NCBI GenBank assembly: GCA_964387845.1
Contig: CAYLXA010000001.1
Coordinates: 96,001-160,000 of the forward strand
Source: an uncultured bacterium
GTDB taxonomy: Bacteria; Omnitrophota; Omnitrophia; Omnitrophales; Abzuiibacteriaceae
Direction of reading: 5' to 3'
DNA: 64,000 nt
Program-made: the position numbers and the translations under genes
Notes under the pieces: generated by a model
Databases searched by the model: none
What the model was told of the DNA's origin: nothing
What the model saw: only the letters and a program-made list of their open reading frames with translations
In this document: positions 48,298-58,972 of the stretch, in pieces
Position numbering within the stretch: the first letter of the stretch is position 1
Layout of the letters: each line of letters begins with the position of its first letter

Positions 48298-51200
48298 GTG
48301 ATGGACAATATGAAAAAGAGTACAAATTTTTTTGTACCTTTATTTAAATCTTTTCTAACTGGCTTACCAAAACGCGTTGTTACAGTTCTAGCCACTTTCT
48401 TCCTAGTCATTAACCAAGTCATTATTCCGGTTCCTAATTCCTTACTTCCCACGCTTAGCCCGGCAATCGCACAAGCTTCGGAAGATAACGGTACGACGGT
48501 GTCGATAGAAGCCTCCGGCGACGCTTATCTATCAAAGCAAAATCCGGATCAAAATTATGGCATTACGGATCTTATTACCGTAGACGGGCAAGACATTAAT
48601 GGAGACCCGAACACTGAGCTACGCGGACTGATCAAATGGAATCTTAGCCAATTGCCGGAAGGCAGTGTGGTCCAATCTGCCAGAATCATCCTTCATCTCG
48701 TCAACCACAGCGGCGGCAATGTTTATACCTTGCACAAATCTACGAAAGACTGGCACGAGGCGGATGTGACATGGAACAATGCAAGTGCCGACTTTGAATC
48801 AGCCTCTCTCGGCATACTGTCATCCAATATTTTAGGATTGCACAGCATCCCGTTGAATAGCGACGGAATTGCAGCCATTCAATCTTGGATCGATAATCCG
48901 GAAACCAATTTTGGATTTTTAATCCTCCCTGACGCAAACAGCACCAACGGCTTTGAATTTAAATCAAAAGATTCTTCTATTAAACCCGTCCTTGAAGTGA
49001 CAGTCACATTTCCTCAGGATGCTAGTTACAACGTTGAGATGTCAGTGAGTGGCGACGGCGCTATTTTCGTGAGCCCGGAACAGCCATTTGGATTTAACGA
49101 TAACGTTACGTTTACGGCGGAAGCCAACGATGGCTGGCAATTTGAAAGGTGGGAAGGCGATCTTGGCGGAGTGGAAAATCCGGCAACGATTCAAATTCAA
49201 AACAACATGAATGTGATGGCTGTTTTTCAATCTCTGGCTCCAGCTGAACCGCAAATGGGAATGTCGACTTGCGGTAACGGCGTGCTCGAAAATGGCGAAC
49301 AATGCGAGGGATCAAATCTGGGAGGTCAAAGCTGCTCAACTCTCGGGAACGGTTCAGGAACTCTTGTGTGTGCAAGCGACTGCACATTCAATATGGGCAG
49401 TTGCGCATTTGCGTGGCCGGCCGAGGCATTTGCATCAGCCGAAAACTTAACTTACATTGATTCTACCGGCTTTGGGGTTAATTTAAGCGGCGCCGCTTGG
49501 AATCCGGTATCACGAAAACTTTGGCTCGTTCGAAATGGCGGACCCGGCGGATCAAAATTGTGGGTATTGAGAGAAAATGGCAGCGGCGGATTTGAAGTTG
49601 ATTATAAAAATGGGCTGCGCGGTGAATGGTCCAATTTTAATGATTTAGAGGCTATTGCGCTGGCTGATTTTAATAATCCCGATGTGGTTTATTTATTAAT
49701 AGAAGGCGAAGAGCGCATTAAGAGATACAACATATCGACCTACGGCACGGCCATTCTTGAACGAAATTGGAACACAAGTCCGCATTTACCTTTAAATGGC
49801 GGGAGCGGCGCTGAAGCGCTTGCTTTTATTCCCGATTCATTTTTGACTGCGCAGGGCTTTGTAGATCCGGCCGGCAATCCGCGCACAAGTCAAAACGGAA
49901 TGGGCGGCTTGATGTTTGTCGGTCATCAAAACGGCGGACGGATTTATGTGTTCGACTTAAATCCTAATAATGACTCTTTCACCTATGTTGGCGCTTATCG
50001 AACAAACTATTCTGAAACTGCAGATCTGGCCTTTGATCGTTCAACCGGTTACTTGTATGTTTTTCATGGCGCCAATCATAATCATACTGAAGTGGTGTCT
50101 CTGGCTTCAACAGTAAACGGAAGTGAGCGAAAGCTTGTCACGCTGGTTGATTATAATCGCCCAACCGGAAGCGCAACAAACAGCAATATGGAAGGCATTG
50201 CGGTTGTTGAAACATCTGATTGTGCGGATGGAAAACGAGATTTCTTTTTGACGATTGATGACGGCGGCGCTGATTCCCTGTTCCGCTTCCGTAATTTTCC
50301 GTGCGGCTTGGCACGCAACAAAGCGCCTGTTGTGAATGCCGGATCCGATCAAACCATTACATTCCCGAACGCCGCTGCATTAAATGCAAGCGCATCCGAT
50401 GATCGTTTGCCCAATGGAACTATTACAACAACGTGGACACAAATTGGATTTGTGCCTGCGCCAGGTGTTTCCGGAAGCGGTGTCGCTACATTTGATGATT
50501 CAACCGCGTTAGCAACAAACGTTAACTTTGACTTGGCCGGCGATTACACGCTCCGCATGACAGTCACCGATGGCGAACTCTCAGCCGCGGACGATGTGAT
50601 TGTAACTGTCGATGAGGCAGCACGGCCTGTTACGTTTACCATTAATGCCTCGGCTGGATCTAACGGGTTTATTTCACCGATTGGAGAAGTTATTGTTGAT
50701 TCAGGCGCTAATCAAACATTCACAATCGCGCCAAATGCCAATTATCACATTGCCAATGTATTAGTAGACGGGGCTTCCGTAGGCGCGGTTTCAAGTTACA
50801 CATTTTCAAACGTAACGGCGAATCATACCATCGCGGCCAGTTTTGAAGTGAATACTTATACGATTGACTCCTCCGCGGGATCCAATGGTTCTATCTCACC
50901 CGCCGGTGTGACGACAGTGAATCATGGCGGTAGTCAAACCTTCACCATGACACCGAGCACAGGCTATCACGTAGCTGATGTGTTGGTGGATGGTGCATCA
51001 GTAGGTGCCGTGTCTAGCTATACCTTCAGCAATGTGACGGCTGATCATACGATTGAGGTGAGTTTTGCAGCAAGCAGTTTCACCATCACAGCTACAGCCG
51101 GCACTAATGGTTCTATCTCGCCAAGTGGTGATGTGGATGTTTCAGCCGGAGATGATCAGGTGTTTACGATAACGCCTAATTCTGGATTTCAAATTCAGAA

Positions 51201-54060
51201 CGTGACGGTTGATGGGCAGCCCGCAGGCGTTCTTTCAACCCATACATTTAGTAATGTCACCGCCAATCACACGATTCACGCTTCTTTTGTAGCAATAGAT
51301 CCTGTGAGAGATACCTACCTCCGGCAAAATACACCAACCACCAATTATGGAAGTGCAACCAGCGTCAATGTAGATGGCGATGAACCGGCAGGAACGGGAC
51401 ACGACGTGTTTGGTCTGTTGCGTTTTAACGTAGCACCTATTCCTGCTGGAAGCATCATTGATGCAATCGAATTAAGATTAAACATCACGAATGACACGCC
51501 GCACACTTACAGAATCTATGAAGTGAAGCGCCCTTGGTCTGAAGATCAGGCTACATGGAACCAAGCAGCAGCCGGTATGCCGTGGCAGGTTGCAGGCGCA
51601 AAAGGGGCCGAAGATCGTGGAGTAATTTTAGCAAATATAGGGCCTCTGGCTCTCGGACAACAGACCATTCTTTTGAATGACGCGGCTAAAAATATAATTC
51701 TCGGCTGGGCCAATAATCCTGCAAATAATCACGGCCTTATGATTGCAGACGAGGCAAGTACAAACGGTTTTGATTTTGCTTCCTTTGAATCGGCAACACC
51801 GCCACAACTCATTATCACCCATCGCCCAGGCTATACAATGACAACCAACGTCAATGGCAATGGGTCAGTATCAAAGAATCCGGATCAACAATATTACACA
51901 AATGGTTCAAATGTTACTTTAACCGCTAACGCAGGAGCCAACTCTGTATTCACCGGCTGGTCGGGTGACGCAACGGGAACCACCAACCCGCTTTCCGTTT
52001 CCATGAATAGCGATAAGAATATAACCGCTAACTTTACTATCAGAACCTATACACTCACGGCGTCAGCCGGTGCAAATGGTTCTATCTCACCCGCCGGCGT
52101 GACGACTGTCAATCATGGAGCGAGCCAGACTTACACCATGACACCGGCAACGGGTTATCACGTAGCCAATGTATTAGTAGACGGGGCTTCCGTAGGCGCG
52201 GTTTCAAGTTATACGTTTAGCAATGTCACAGCGGCTCACACGATCTCTGTCTCGTTTGCAATTAACACTTATACAGTCACCACCACGGCTACTTCAAACG
52301 GCACCATTTCTCTTTCGCCTAATCAAGCTTCGTATAATCATGGTTCAACGGTTACTGTGACCGCAACACCGAATAGCGGCTACACCTTCGCTAACTGGAC
52401 CGGTAGTCTCTCAGGTAGCGTGAACCCGGCCACACTCACGATGGACAGCAATAAAACCATCGGAGCGGTGTTCGCACAGATTCCGACGTTCACGATTACC
52501 CCGTCTGCGGGATTAAACGGTTCGATCTCTCCCGATACCATGGTCAATGTAATGGAAGGCGAGGATCAAACCTTCACCATCACGCCGGCGGCGGGTTATC
52601 ACATTGAAGATGTCTTGGTCGATGGCACCTCTGTTGGCGCAGTCGCAAGCTATACCTTCAGCAATGTGACGGCAAACCATACGATTGCAGCCAGTTTTGC
52701 GGTAAATACCTTCGCATTGTCGGCTTCTGTTTCAGGCAATGGCTCTATTTCAAAAAACCCGGACCAACCATACTACAACAACGGCTCTTCAGTGACTCTC
52801 ACTGCGAATGCAGGAGCTGATTCTGTATTCATCGGCTGGTCGGGCGATGCTTCAGGAACTGCTAATCCACTTTCGGTCACGATGAACGGCGATAAAAATA
52901 TTACGGCTAACTTTGCCGTTCGAACTTATTCATTGACCGCATCCGTTGAAGGAAGCGGCTCCATATCACCTTCAGGAGTTACATCGGTCAGCCACGGCGG
53001 GAGCCTAACTTACACGATAACCCCGGCAGCCGGTTATCGGATCCAATTTGTGAAAGTGGACGGCGTTTCGGTTGGCGCCGTTGAAAGCTATACGTTCAAT
53101 AACGTTACCGCCAACCATACGATTGCAGCAACTTTTTCAGTGAACACGTTCATTGTCTCTGCTTCTAACGGCAGTAACGGAAATATTTCACCCGTCGGAA
53201 ATACTCCGGTTAATGAGGGTGCTGATCAAACCTATGTGATTACTCCTGATTCAGGCTATGCTATTGAAGACGTGCGTGTAGACAATCAGTCGATGGGTGC
53301 AATTCCAAGCTACACCTTTAGTAATGTGACCGCCAATCACACAATTTCAGCAAGCTTCACCATGATTAGGCGCGCGTTAACCATTAGCACCAACCGCGGG
53401 CTTGGCGGAGCAGTCATTATCAATCCGGACAGCCCGGACGGCACTTATCTGCACGGCACGGAAGTAACCTTGACGGCTATTGCAAACCCCGGAAATATTT
53501 TCTCGGGATGGAGCGGAGACGCGGCGGGTTTGATTAATCCAGTCACAATCACCATGGACGCAGATAAAAATGTAACGGCTAATTTCAGCATGATCACTTA
53601 TTCGATAGAAGTTGAGACGACAACCGGCGGCGCGGTAGAAGTAAGCCCTGAAGGCCCACACTATTTGGGAGATGAAATTACACTGACAGCCACGCCGGAC
53701 TCAACTCACACCTTCAATGGATGGAGCGGCGACGTTACCGGTTCTGAAAATCCGATCTCAGTGACCGTAACGGGAAACATGAACATTGCGGCAAATTTTG
53801 CACCGATTACTTATACGCTCAATATAACCACAATCGGAAACGGAACCGTCACAAAAAGCCCGAATATGACGGATTACCCGGCAGGCACATCGGTAACCTT
53901 GACCGCGAACCCCGCGCGTTTCTGGAATTTTCTGCGCTGGACAGGAAACGCTTCGGGAACCAATCCGGTTATTACAGTTGTCATGGATGGCAACAAAAAC
54001 ATTCAGGCACGCTTTAAGCAGGGCCTAAGTCCATTCAGCGGCGGCGGCCCGGCATCGTAA
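48298..54060 (+). CDS. giant secreted surface/adhesin-like protein (1920 aa) with two DNRLRE-like domains, a Myxococcus-type cysteine-rich repeat, a PKD-like domain and about 15 tandem InlB B-repeat (Listeria/Bacteroides repeat) domains
   Basis: The product has a signal peptide. DPNTELRGLIKWNL and VFGLLRFNV lie in the DNRLRE-like regions. CGNGVLENGEQCEGSNLGG...C is the cysteine-rich repeat. APVVNAGSDQTITF...TVTDGELSAADDVIVTV is PKD-like. Repeated ...GSISP.G...V..G..QT.T.TP..GY.......DG.S.GAV.SYTFSNVTA.HTI...F units fill the rest. Confidence 0.85.
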   Translation: MMDNMKKSTNFFVPLFKSFLTGLPKRVVTVLATFFLVINQVIIPVPNSLLPTLSPAIAQASEDNGTTVSIEASGDAYLSKQNPDQNYGITDLITVDGQDINGDPNTELRGLIKWNLSQLPEGSVVQSARIILHLVNHSGGNVYTLHKSTKDWHEADVTWNNASADFESASLGILSSNILGLHSIPLNSDGIAAIQSWIDNPETNFGFLILPDANSTNGFEFKSKDSSIKPVLEVTVTFPQDASYNVEMSVSGDGAIFVSPEQPFGFNDNVTFTAEANDGWQFERWEGDLGGVENPATIQIQNNMNVMAVFQSLAPAEPQMGMSTCGNGVLENGEQCEGSNLGGQSCSTLGNGSGTLVCASDCTFNMGSCAFAWPAEAFASAENLTYIDSTGFGVNLSGAAWNPVSRKLWLVRNGGPGGSKLWVLRENGSGGFEVDYKNGLRGEWSNFNDLEAIALADFNNPDVVYLLIEGEERIKRYNISTYGTAILERNWNTSPHLPLNGGSGAEALAFIPDSFLTAQGFVDPAGNPRTSQNGMGGLMFVGHQNGGRIYVFDLNPNNDSFTYVGAYRTNYSETADLAFDRSTGYLYVFHGANHNHTEVVSLASTVNGSERKLVTLVDYNRPTGSATNSNMEGIAVVETSDCADGKRDFFLTIDDGGADSLFRFRNFPCGLARNKAPVVNAGSDQTITFPNAAALNASASDDRLPNGTITTTWTQIGFVPAPGVSGSGVATFDDSTALATNVNFDLAGDYTLRMTVTDGELSAADDVIVTVDEAARPVTFTINASAGSNGFISPIGEVIVDSGANQTFTIAPNANYHIANVLVDGASVGAVSSYTFSNVTANHTIAASFEVNTYTIDSSAGSNGSISPAGVTTVNHGGSQTFTMTPSTGYHVADVLVDGASVGAVSSYTFSNVTADHTIEVSFAASSFTITATAGTNGSISPSGDVDVSAGDDQVFTITPNSGFQIQNVTVDGQPAGVLSTHTFSNVTANHTIHASFVAIDPVRDTYLRQNTPTTNYGSATSVNVDGDEPAGTGHDVFGLLRFNVAPIPAGSIIDAIELRLNITNDTPHTYRIYEVKRPWSEDQATWNQAAAGMPWQVAGAKGAEDRGVILANIGPLALGQQTILLNDAAKNIILGWANNPANNHGLMIADEASTNGFDFASFESATPPQLIITHRPGYTMTTNVNGNGSVSKNPDQQYYTNGSNVTLTANAGANSVFTGWSGDATGTTNPLSVSMNSDKNITANFTIRTYTLTASAGANGSISPAGVTTVNHGASQTYTMTPATGYHVANVLVDGASVGAVSSYTFSNVTAAHTISVSFAINTYTVTTTATSNGTISLSPNQASYNHGSTVTVTATPNSGYTFANWTGSLSGSVNPATLTMDSNKTIGAVFAQIPTFTITPSAGLNGSISPDTMVNVMEGEDQTFTITPAAGYHIEDVLVDGTSVGAVASYTFSNVTANHTIAASFAVNTFALSASVSGNGSISKNPDQPYYNNGSSVTLTANAGADSVFIGWSGDASGTANPLSVTMNGDKNITANFAVRTYSLTASVEGSGSISPSGVTSVSHGGSLTYTITPAAGYRIQFVKVDGVSVGAVESYTFNNVTANHTIAATFSVNTFIVSASNGSNGNISPVGNTPVNEGADQTYVITPDSGYAIEDVRVDNQSMGAIPSYTFSNVTANHTISASFTMIRRALTISTNRGLGGAVIINPDSPDGTYLHGTEVTLTAIANPGNIFSGWSGDAAGLINPVTITMDADKNVTANFSMITYSIEVETTTGGAVEVSPEGPHYLGDEITLTATPDSTHTFNGWSGDVTGSENPISVTVTGNMNIAANFAPITYTLNITTIGNGTVTKSPNMTDYPAGTSVTLTANPARFWNFLRWTGNASGTNPVITVVMDGNKNIQARFKQGLSPFSGGGPAS
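50600..53900 (+). repeat. tandem in-frame coding repeats (InlB B-repeat units of about 225 nt) with long identical nucleotide stretches
   Basis: The stretch 'aatgtattagtagacggggcttccgtaggcgcggtttcaagtta' occurs identically at about 50757 and about 52170. Many other near-identical segments are present. Confidence 0.8.
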
Positions 54061-54093
54061 TTACATATTGAGTATTTCATACCTGATATTTCC

Positions 54094-54459
54094 TCAAAAA
54101 AGCGAAAAAGTCAGAAGCCCGAACGAAACCGCGACAAGCCCTAGAAGCCGGACTGCAAGCGCAGGCATTCCGGCGTAATGTTCCATAAATCCCTTCACCT
54201 TCTCGATATCGACCGCAAAAATAATGATGCCGCTCGTCAGAAACAAAACACCGAGCGCTGCGGCCGCCATCGGAATCGCGCTTTTGGATGAACTGAGCAG
54301 CAATAAAATACCGACGAAAAGGCGCAGAAAACCCGCATAATAAATCCGCTTTCCCTGGCTCATAAAATCAAAAATTTTACGGGTTACATTCGGAGAAACC
54401 ACAATCGTAAGCCCTAAGCCCGCCATCACTACTGCGAGCAATTTAATAATCGCGATCAT
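54094..54459 (-). CDS. hypothetical small membrane protein (4 predicted TM helices)
   Basis: The 121-aa product is strongly hydrophobic. No family was recognised. Confidence 0.4.
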   Translation of the reverse strand: MIAIIKLLAVVMAGLGLTIVVSPNVTRKIFDFMSQGKRIYYAGFLRLFVGILLLLSSSKSAIPMAAAALGVLFLTSGIIIFAVDIEKVKGFMEHYAGMPALAVRLLGLVAVSFGLLTFSLF

Positions 54460-54490
54460 AAAGCCTCCTTTGGTTAGGCTTTCATTCTAA

Positions 54491-55012
54491 TTACATTTTC
54501 CGGCTGTCGTAGGCCCAATGCAGAATAGCCTGGCGCTGGCGCTTGCGGCATTCCCAGTCGCCGCGAACGCAGTTCTTCCGGACCTGGACAATATGGCGCT
54601 TAATGGCAAGCCAGCGCTTAATTTGCCGGTCATCTTCCCCGGGAATCCGCCGGCCCATGAAGTAACGGCAATACCACTGAAACCAGCCGCGCGGGTCTTT
54701 ATCGCAGATCCACCTTTTCTTGCGCCATACTTTGAGCGGCTGGCTTGCGTTCACGCCGAAAAAATTGAGCTTGGCGTCATGTTTTTCCGGACAAAGTTTT
54801 GCCTGCCGGAACCAATCCGCCGGAAATTCCTTCCGGCAATCCGTCATGTATTTGCCGCCGAAAATACCGAGCCGGAGCATTTCCTTCGGCGTCAGTTCGG
54901 GTTTAAAGCGCGGATCGAAATTTTCTCCCGCCGGCTCCGTCAAAACGTAGCGGTAATTTTTCTGCATCTTGTCATTGACGGTAACGGTTTTACGCCGCTT
55001 TTTTTGCGCCAT
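54491..55012 (-). CDS. conserved hypothetical cytosolic protein (W/R/C-rich; PRGWFQWYCRYFMGRR motif)
   Basis: The 173-aa product has protein-like composition. The overlapping plus-strand ORF 54518..55030 looks like a low-complexity antisense artefact. Confidence 0.45.
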   Translation of the reverse strand: MAQKKRRKTVTVNDKMQKNYRYVLTEPAGENFDPRFKPELTPKEMLRLGIFGGKYMTDCRKEFPADWFRQAKLCPEKHDAKLNFFGVNASQPLKVWRKKRWICDKDPRGWFQWYCRYFMGRRIPGEDDRQIKRWLAIKRHIVQVRKNCVRGDWECRKRQRQAILHWAYDSRKM

Positions 55013-56468
55013 GCTCGGCCCTGTGTTTGATTGCGTTGATCATTCCCGCAAATACAAAATGATGAATCCAAAGAAGTGCAAACCAATACAGGATACCAAA
55101 AAGGCCTTTCGGAATGAACCGCGCTGTCTGCGACAGCATGGAGGATTGTGCGCTTGTCTGTGTTATTTTAAATTCCAAGACCGCAAAGCCAGGTAATTTC
55201 ATTTCCGCCTGGAGAACCAATCTTTTCTCCGGCTCCACCTTTGCGATACGCCAAAAATCAACCGCATCTCCCTGACGCAATTCGGCCGGATCCGTCCTTC
55301 CCTGTCGAAAACCGACGCCTCCGGCCAATCTGTCAAGCCAACCTCTCAACCTCCACAAAAAATCAGCGTGATACCAGCCCGTATGGCCTCCGATTTTTGA
55401 CAAAAGAGCCCAAATTTCTTTGACGGAAACTTGAATTGGAAGCGACCGGCTATCCACAAGCATCGTTCCGCCCGACCACTTTTGATCTGTCGGCCAAACC
55501 CATTCGGCAGGGCGAAATTCATCCGGCACTTTTTCATCTTCAACCAGCCGGTGCCGACTTCCTTCGATCGCGAGCCTAATGCTCTCGCGGGCGCCCAACA
55601 GCCGCTGCGGGATTATATTTTGAATAGAAGTATCACGGACCACCACGCGGTTCCTCAATCCCTCAGCAAGCGGAATAGCCAGCGACCGGTGGATCGGCGT
55701 TACAAAATGAATCCAGTAGGAACTCAGTTTGGGCGTCAAGACAGGGACCGGAATCACAAACCGCTTTGCGAGACCGGCTTCTTCCGCATAGATTTCCATG
55801 AGCTGCCGGTAGGTCACGACATCCGATCCGCCGACTTCAAAAGTTTTTCCCGCTGTATTCGGACTCTCGAGACTTTCGGCAAGGTAGTAAAGCACATTCC
55901 GGATAGCAATCGGCTGGCTTTCGGTGCTGACCCAGCGCGGCGTCACCATCGCAGGAAGCCGTTCGACTAAATAGCGCAAAATTTCGAAAGATGCGCTGCC
56001 GGTTCCGATAATCATCGCTGCGCGGAAAATCGTCGACGGAACCGGGCCTGAGGTGAGGATTTTTTCCACTTCGCGGCGCGACTTCAAATGCTTACTAAGA
56101 TTCTCGTTTTCCTCACCAAGCCCGCCTAAGTAAATAATTCTCTCAAGCCCGGCTTCGCCGGCCGCCTTTGCCATATTCTGCGCAGCTTGACGGTCCCTCG
56201 ATTCAAATTCCTTGCCGCCGGGAGCCATCGAATGGACCAAATAAAAAGCCGCGCCACAGCCCCGCGCAGCTTTGAGGATAGAATCATATTGAAGAACATC
56301 GGCCGAGGCGACTTCAATTCTGGAATGACGAAACCATGAGTAGGCTTTTAATTTTTCTGTCGACCTGGCCGCAGCCCGGACCCGGAAGCCCCGCTCGAGC
56401 AAAAACGGCACAAGCCGGGCGCCCACGTATCCGGTCGCGCCAGTCACTAAAATAAATTGATTTTTCAT
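54990..56468 (-). CDS. NAD(P)-binding SDR/NmrA-like domain fused to a C-terminal DUF2867 domain
   Basis: The N-terminus has VTGATGYVGARLV (a Rossmann GxxGxxG). The C-terminal roughly 150 aa match the DUF2867 pattern, a common SDR-DUF2867 architecture. Confidence 0.75.
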   Translation of the reverse strand: MKNQFILVTGATGYVGARLVPFLLERGFRVRAAARSTEKLKAYSWFRHSRIEVASADVLQYDSILKAARGCGAAFYLVHSMAPGGKEFESRDRQAAQNMAKAAGEAGLERIIYLGGLGEENENLSKHLKSRREVEKILTSGPVPSTIFRAAMIIGTGSASFEILRYLVERLPAMVTPRWVSTESQPIAIRNVLYYLAESLESPNTAGKTFEVGGSDVVTYRQLMEIYAEEAGLAKRFVIPVPVLTPKLSSYWIHFVTPIHRSLAIPLAEGLRNRVVVRDTSIQNIIPQRLLGARESIRLAIEGSRHRLVEDEKVPDEFRPAEWVWPTDQKWSGGTMLVDSRSLPIQVSVKEIWALLSKIGGHTGWYHADFLWRLRGWLDRLAGGVGFRQGRTDPAELRQGDAVDFWRIAKVEPEKRLVLQAEMKLPGFAVLEFKITQTSAQSSMLSQTARFIPKGLFGILYWFALLWIHHFVFAGMINAIKHRAEHGAKKAA

Positions 56469-56499
56469 CGTGCCCTTACGATTGTCAAAACTCAGGCTG

Positions 56500-57504
56500 C
56501 TAATTTTTTCCGACCAATTCGGGACTGACCATCATTTCTCTACGGACTTTTTTGTGCTGATAGTCGTCAATATTCTGCAGAGTCGTATGGGCAATATTGG
56601 CCATCGCGGAGTCGGTGAAAAAGGCCTGATGACCCGTAATTAGAACATTCGGAAATGTGAGCAGCCGCGCGAAAATATCGTCCTGAATCACATGATCGGA
56701 CAAATCCTCGAAGAAAAGGTCCGCTTCTTCTTCGTAGACATCGAGACCCAAATACCCGATTTTGCCCGACTTAAGCCCTTTGATGACTTCGCGCGTATCA
56801 ATCAAGGCGCCGCGGCTTGTGTTAATCAACATGACCCCCGGCTTCATCCGGCTCACCGCCTGGCCGCCGATCATATGCTTCGTTTCGGGTGTAAGCGGCA
56901 AATGAAGGGAGATGATGTCGCTTTTATTGAAAAGTTCGTCCAAAGCCACATACCGGGCGCGACATTCCGGATTCCGCATAGGATCATAGGCAATCACATC
57001 CGTGCTAAAACCCATCATGATATTCGCAAAGATATTTCCGATTCGGCCCGTCCCGATCACGCCTACGGTTTTTCCCGTCAATTCAAATCCGAGTAATCCT
57101 TCAAGCGAAAAATTTCCCTCATGGATCCGGTTGTGTGCGCGATAAAGTTTTCGGTTCAGTGCCAAAATCAACGCAACCGCGTGCTCGGCAACACCATGAG
57201 GCGAATAGGCGGGCACCCGTACAACGGTCATGCCCAAATCTTGTGCTTTTTTGATATCGACGTGATTGAAACCGGCGGAACGGAGCGCTAAAAGTCTCAC
57301 GCCATTCTGATGAAGCAAGCGCAAAACATCGGCGTTTAGTTGGTCATTGACAAATACACAAACCGCCTCAAAGCCGAATGCCAGTTTGCAGGTTTCGAGC
57401 GTTAATCGCGGTTCAAAATAAACGATCTTGTGCCCAAATTCCGCATTCGCCTTGTCGAAAAACTGCCGGTCATACGCTTTCGTACTGAAAACAGCTATTT
57501 TCAT
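56500..57504 (-). CDS. ldhA: D-lactate dehydrogenase / D-isomer-specific 2-hydroxyacid dehydrogenase
   Basis: The start is at the internal [12 protein letters not shown]. The product has [12 protein letters not shown]-binding and catalytic R/E/H residues typical of D-LDH. The track ORF extends to 57576. Confidence 0.85.
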   Translation of the reverse strand: MKIAVFSTKAYDRQFFDKANAEFGHKIVYFEPRLTLETCKLAFGFEAVCVFVNDQLNADVLRLLHQNGVRLLALRSAGFNHVDIKKAQDLGMTVVRVPAYSPHGVAEHAVALILALNRKLYRAHNRIHEGNFSLEGLLGFELTGKTVGVIGTGRIGNIFANIMMGFSTDVIAYDPMRNPECRARYVALDELFNKSDIISLHLPLTPETKHMIGGQAVSRMKPGVMLINTSRGALIDTREVIKGLKSGKIGYLGLDVYEEEADLFFEDLSDHVIQDDIFARLLTFPNVLITGHQAFFTDSAMANIAHTTLQNIDDYQHKKVRREMMVSPELVGKN

Positions 57505-57633
57505 ACCTCTATTCTCCTCCAAATCATATTGAATGCAATCTCTCTTTTGGAGAATAGAATAAAAAAATGGGGTCAACCCGCAGTGATTCTGATCACGCGG
57601 AAAAAAGAGGACAAACGCTTGAAGCTGAATAAC

Positions 57634-58962
57634 TTATGAGCCGCGCTTGGCTGATTGAGCCTGGAGCTGACCTTGGCGTGCGTAATCAATAGCTTCAGCT
57701 AATATGCGCGCAACTTCCTGAGGCGCGTGAAAACCCATTGAATTCTCGGCTGAAACAAAATCAAGCCGCCACTGGGCTTTTCGGTGCATTTCAAGAGCCG
57801 GCTGTAATTCTTCTTCACCTGCGCCGCGTTTTTTGGCCGCAACGATTTCATCGATCAGTGCCAACACGGCAGCCTCGGCGCGGTCCATCAACACTTGTGT
57901 TTTTTCCTGAATAGATTCGGCTCGGTCAAGCATTTCGCGCTCCGTAAAATGATGGCACGGAAGGCACGACCTCGACACATTCAAAAGCGGGCTGCGAATA
58001 TGATGATCCGTCACTTTTAGCGCGCCTTCACGCTGATAAGGCATGTGGCAATCGGCGCACGAAACACCGCTGCGCGAATGGATGCCCTGATTCCACATTT
58101 CAAATTCGGGGTGCTGGGCTTTCAGCATTTTCGCGCCCGTTTCGGCATGCACCCAATCCGTGTGGCCGACTTGCTCATAATAAGCTTCAATTTCTTCAAC
58201 TTTTAACCCATTCGCCCACGGATAAGTGAGCATTTTCTCAGGGCCCGCAAAATAATATTCAACATGGCATTGAGCACAGACAAACGTGCGCATCTCCTGC
58301 CGGGTTGCCATGGTGTTTGGGTCATAATTTTGAATGCCTTCGCGCTCTTTAACTTTTTTAATTGCATTCATAAATCCCGGACGCGTGACACGCAGGTCCA
58401 TCGTTTTCGGATTGTGGCAATCCGTACACGCGATCGGATGTTGGACATACTTCCATGCCTCCTCAAGCGGCATTTTATTCACCTTCGCAAATCCCGCCTG
58501 GATGTCCCCTTCACCGACTAATTCATAAACTTGTTTCATGCCGCCTGCGTGGCATTGGAGGCAAGCGCCCGGCTGTTTGAACTCTTTTGTCCGGAGCGTT
58601 TCCTGCTGATCCGACAAGGAATACGCATGGCCGCGCTCTTCCCGGTAATCAACACCGAATGCGTAACCCGCGAAGAAACGTTTCCACGCAGGATCTTCAT
58701 CCAGTTTCGAGAAAGCTTCGCTGCCGCCGTAGCGCGTGCGCGCCGTATCAACCGTGCGGATATAGCCGTCATACTGGCGCGGATAATTTTTTGCCCAAAT
58801 CGCGGGATCAATTGTTTCTTCCGTCAATTCGACGACGGATATGTTCCGCCACTTGGCTTCTTCTTTTCTTTCGCGAATATTCAAGAGCAGAGACGTAATA
58901 GCCCATGTAACTGCAGACGTCATCACAATAATAAGAAAGTAAACCGCCATTTTTTTGAACAT
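57634..58962 (-). CDS. nrfA: cytochrome c nitrite reductase, pentahaem catalytic subunit (ammonia-forming)
   Basis: The 442-aa product has an N-terminal anchor/signal and five CxxCH motifs (CLQCH, CTDCH, CAQCH, CADCH, CLPCH). It also has NrfA-typical spacing and Ca-site residues. Confidence 0.9.
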   Translation of the reverse strand: MFKKMAVYFLIIVMTSAVTWAITSLLLNIRERKEEAKWRNISVVELTEETIDPAIWAKNYPRQYDGYIRTVDTARTRYGGSEAFSKLDEDPAWKRFFAGYAFGVDYREERGHAYSLSDQQETLRTKEFKQPGACLQCHAGGMKQVYELVGEGDIQAGFAKVNKMPLEEAWKYVQHPIACTDCHNPKTMDLRVTRPGFMNAIKKVKEREGIQNYDPNTMATRQEMRTFVCAQCHVEYYFAGPEKMLTYPWANGLKVEEIEAYYEQVGHTDWVHAETGAKMLKAQHPEFEMWNQGIHSRSGVSCADCHMPYQREGALKVTDHHIRSPLLNVSRSCLPCHHFTEREMLDRAESIQEKTQVLMDRAEAAVLALIDEIVAAKKRGAGEEELQPALEMHRKAQWRLDFVSAENSMGFHAPQEVARILAEAIDYARQGQLQAQSAKRGS

Positions 58963-58972
58963 GCCTGGCTCC

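Noticed and set aside
54518-55030. Plus-strand 170-aa ORF overlapping the minus-strand hypothetical gene 54491..55012
   Set aside because: Its translation is low-complexity, Ala/Pro/Leu-rich and antisense-like. The opposite-strand ORF has protein-like composition and continues the co-directional minus-strand gene series.
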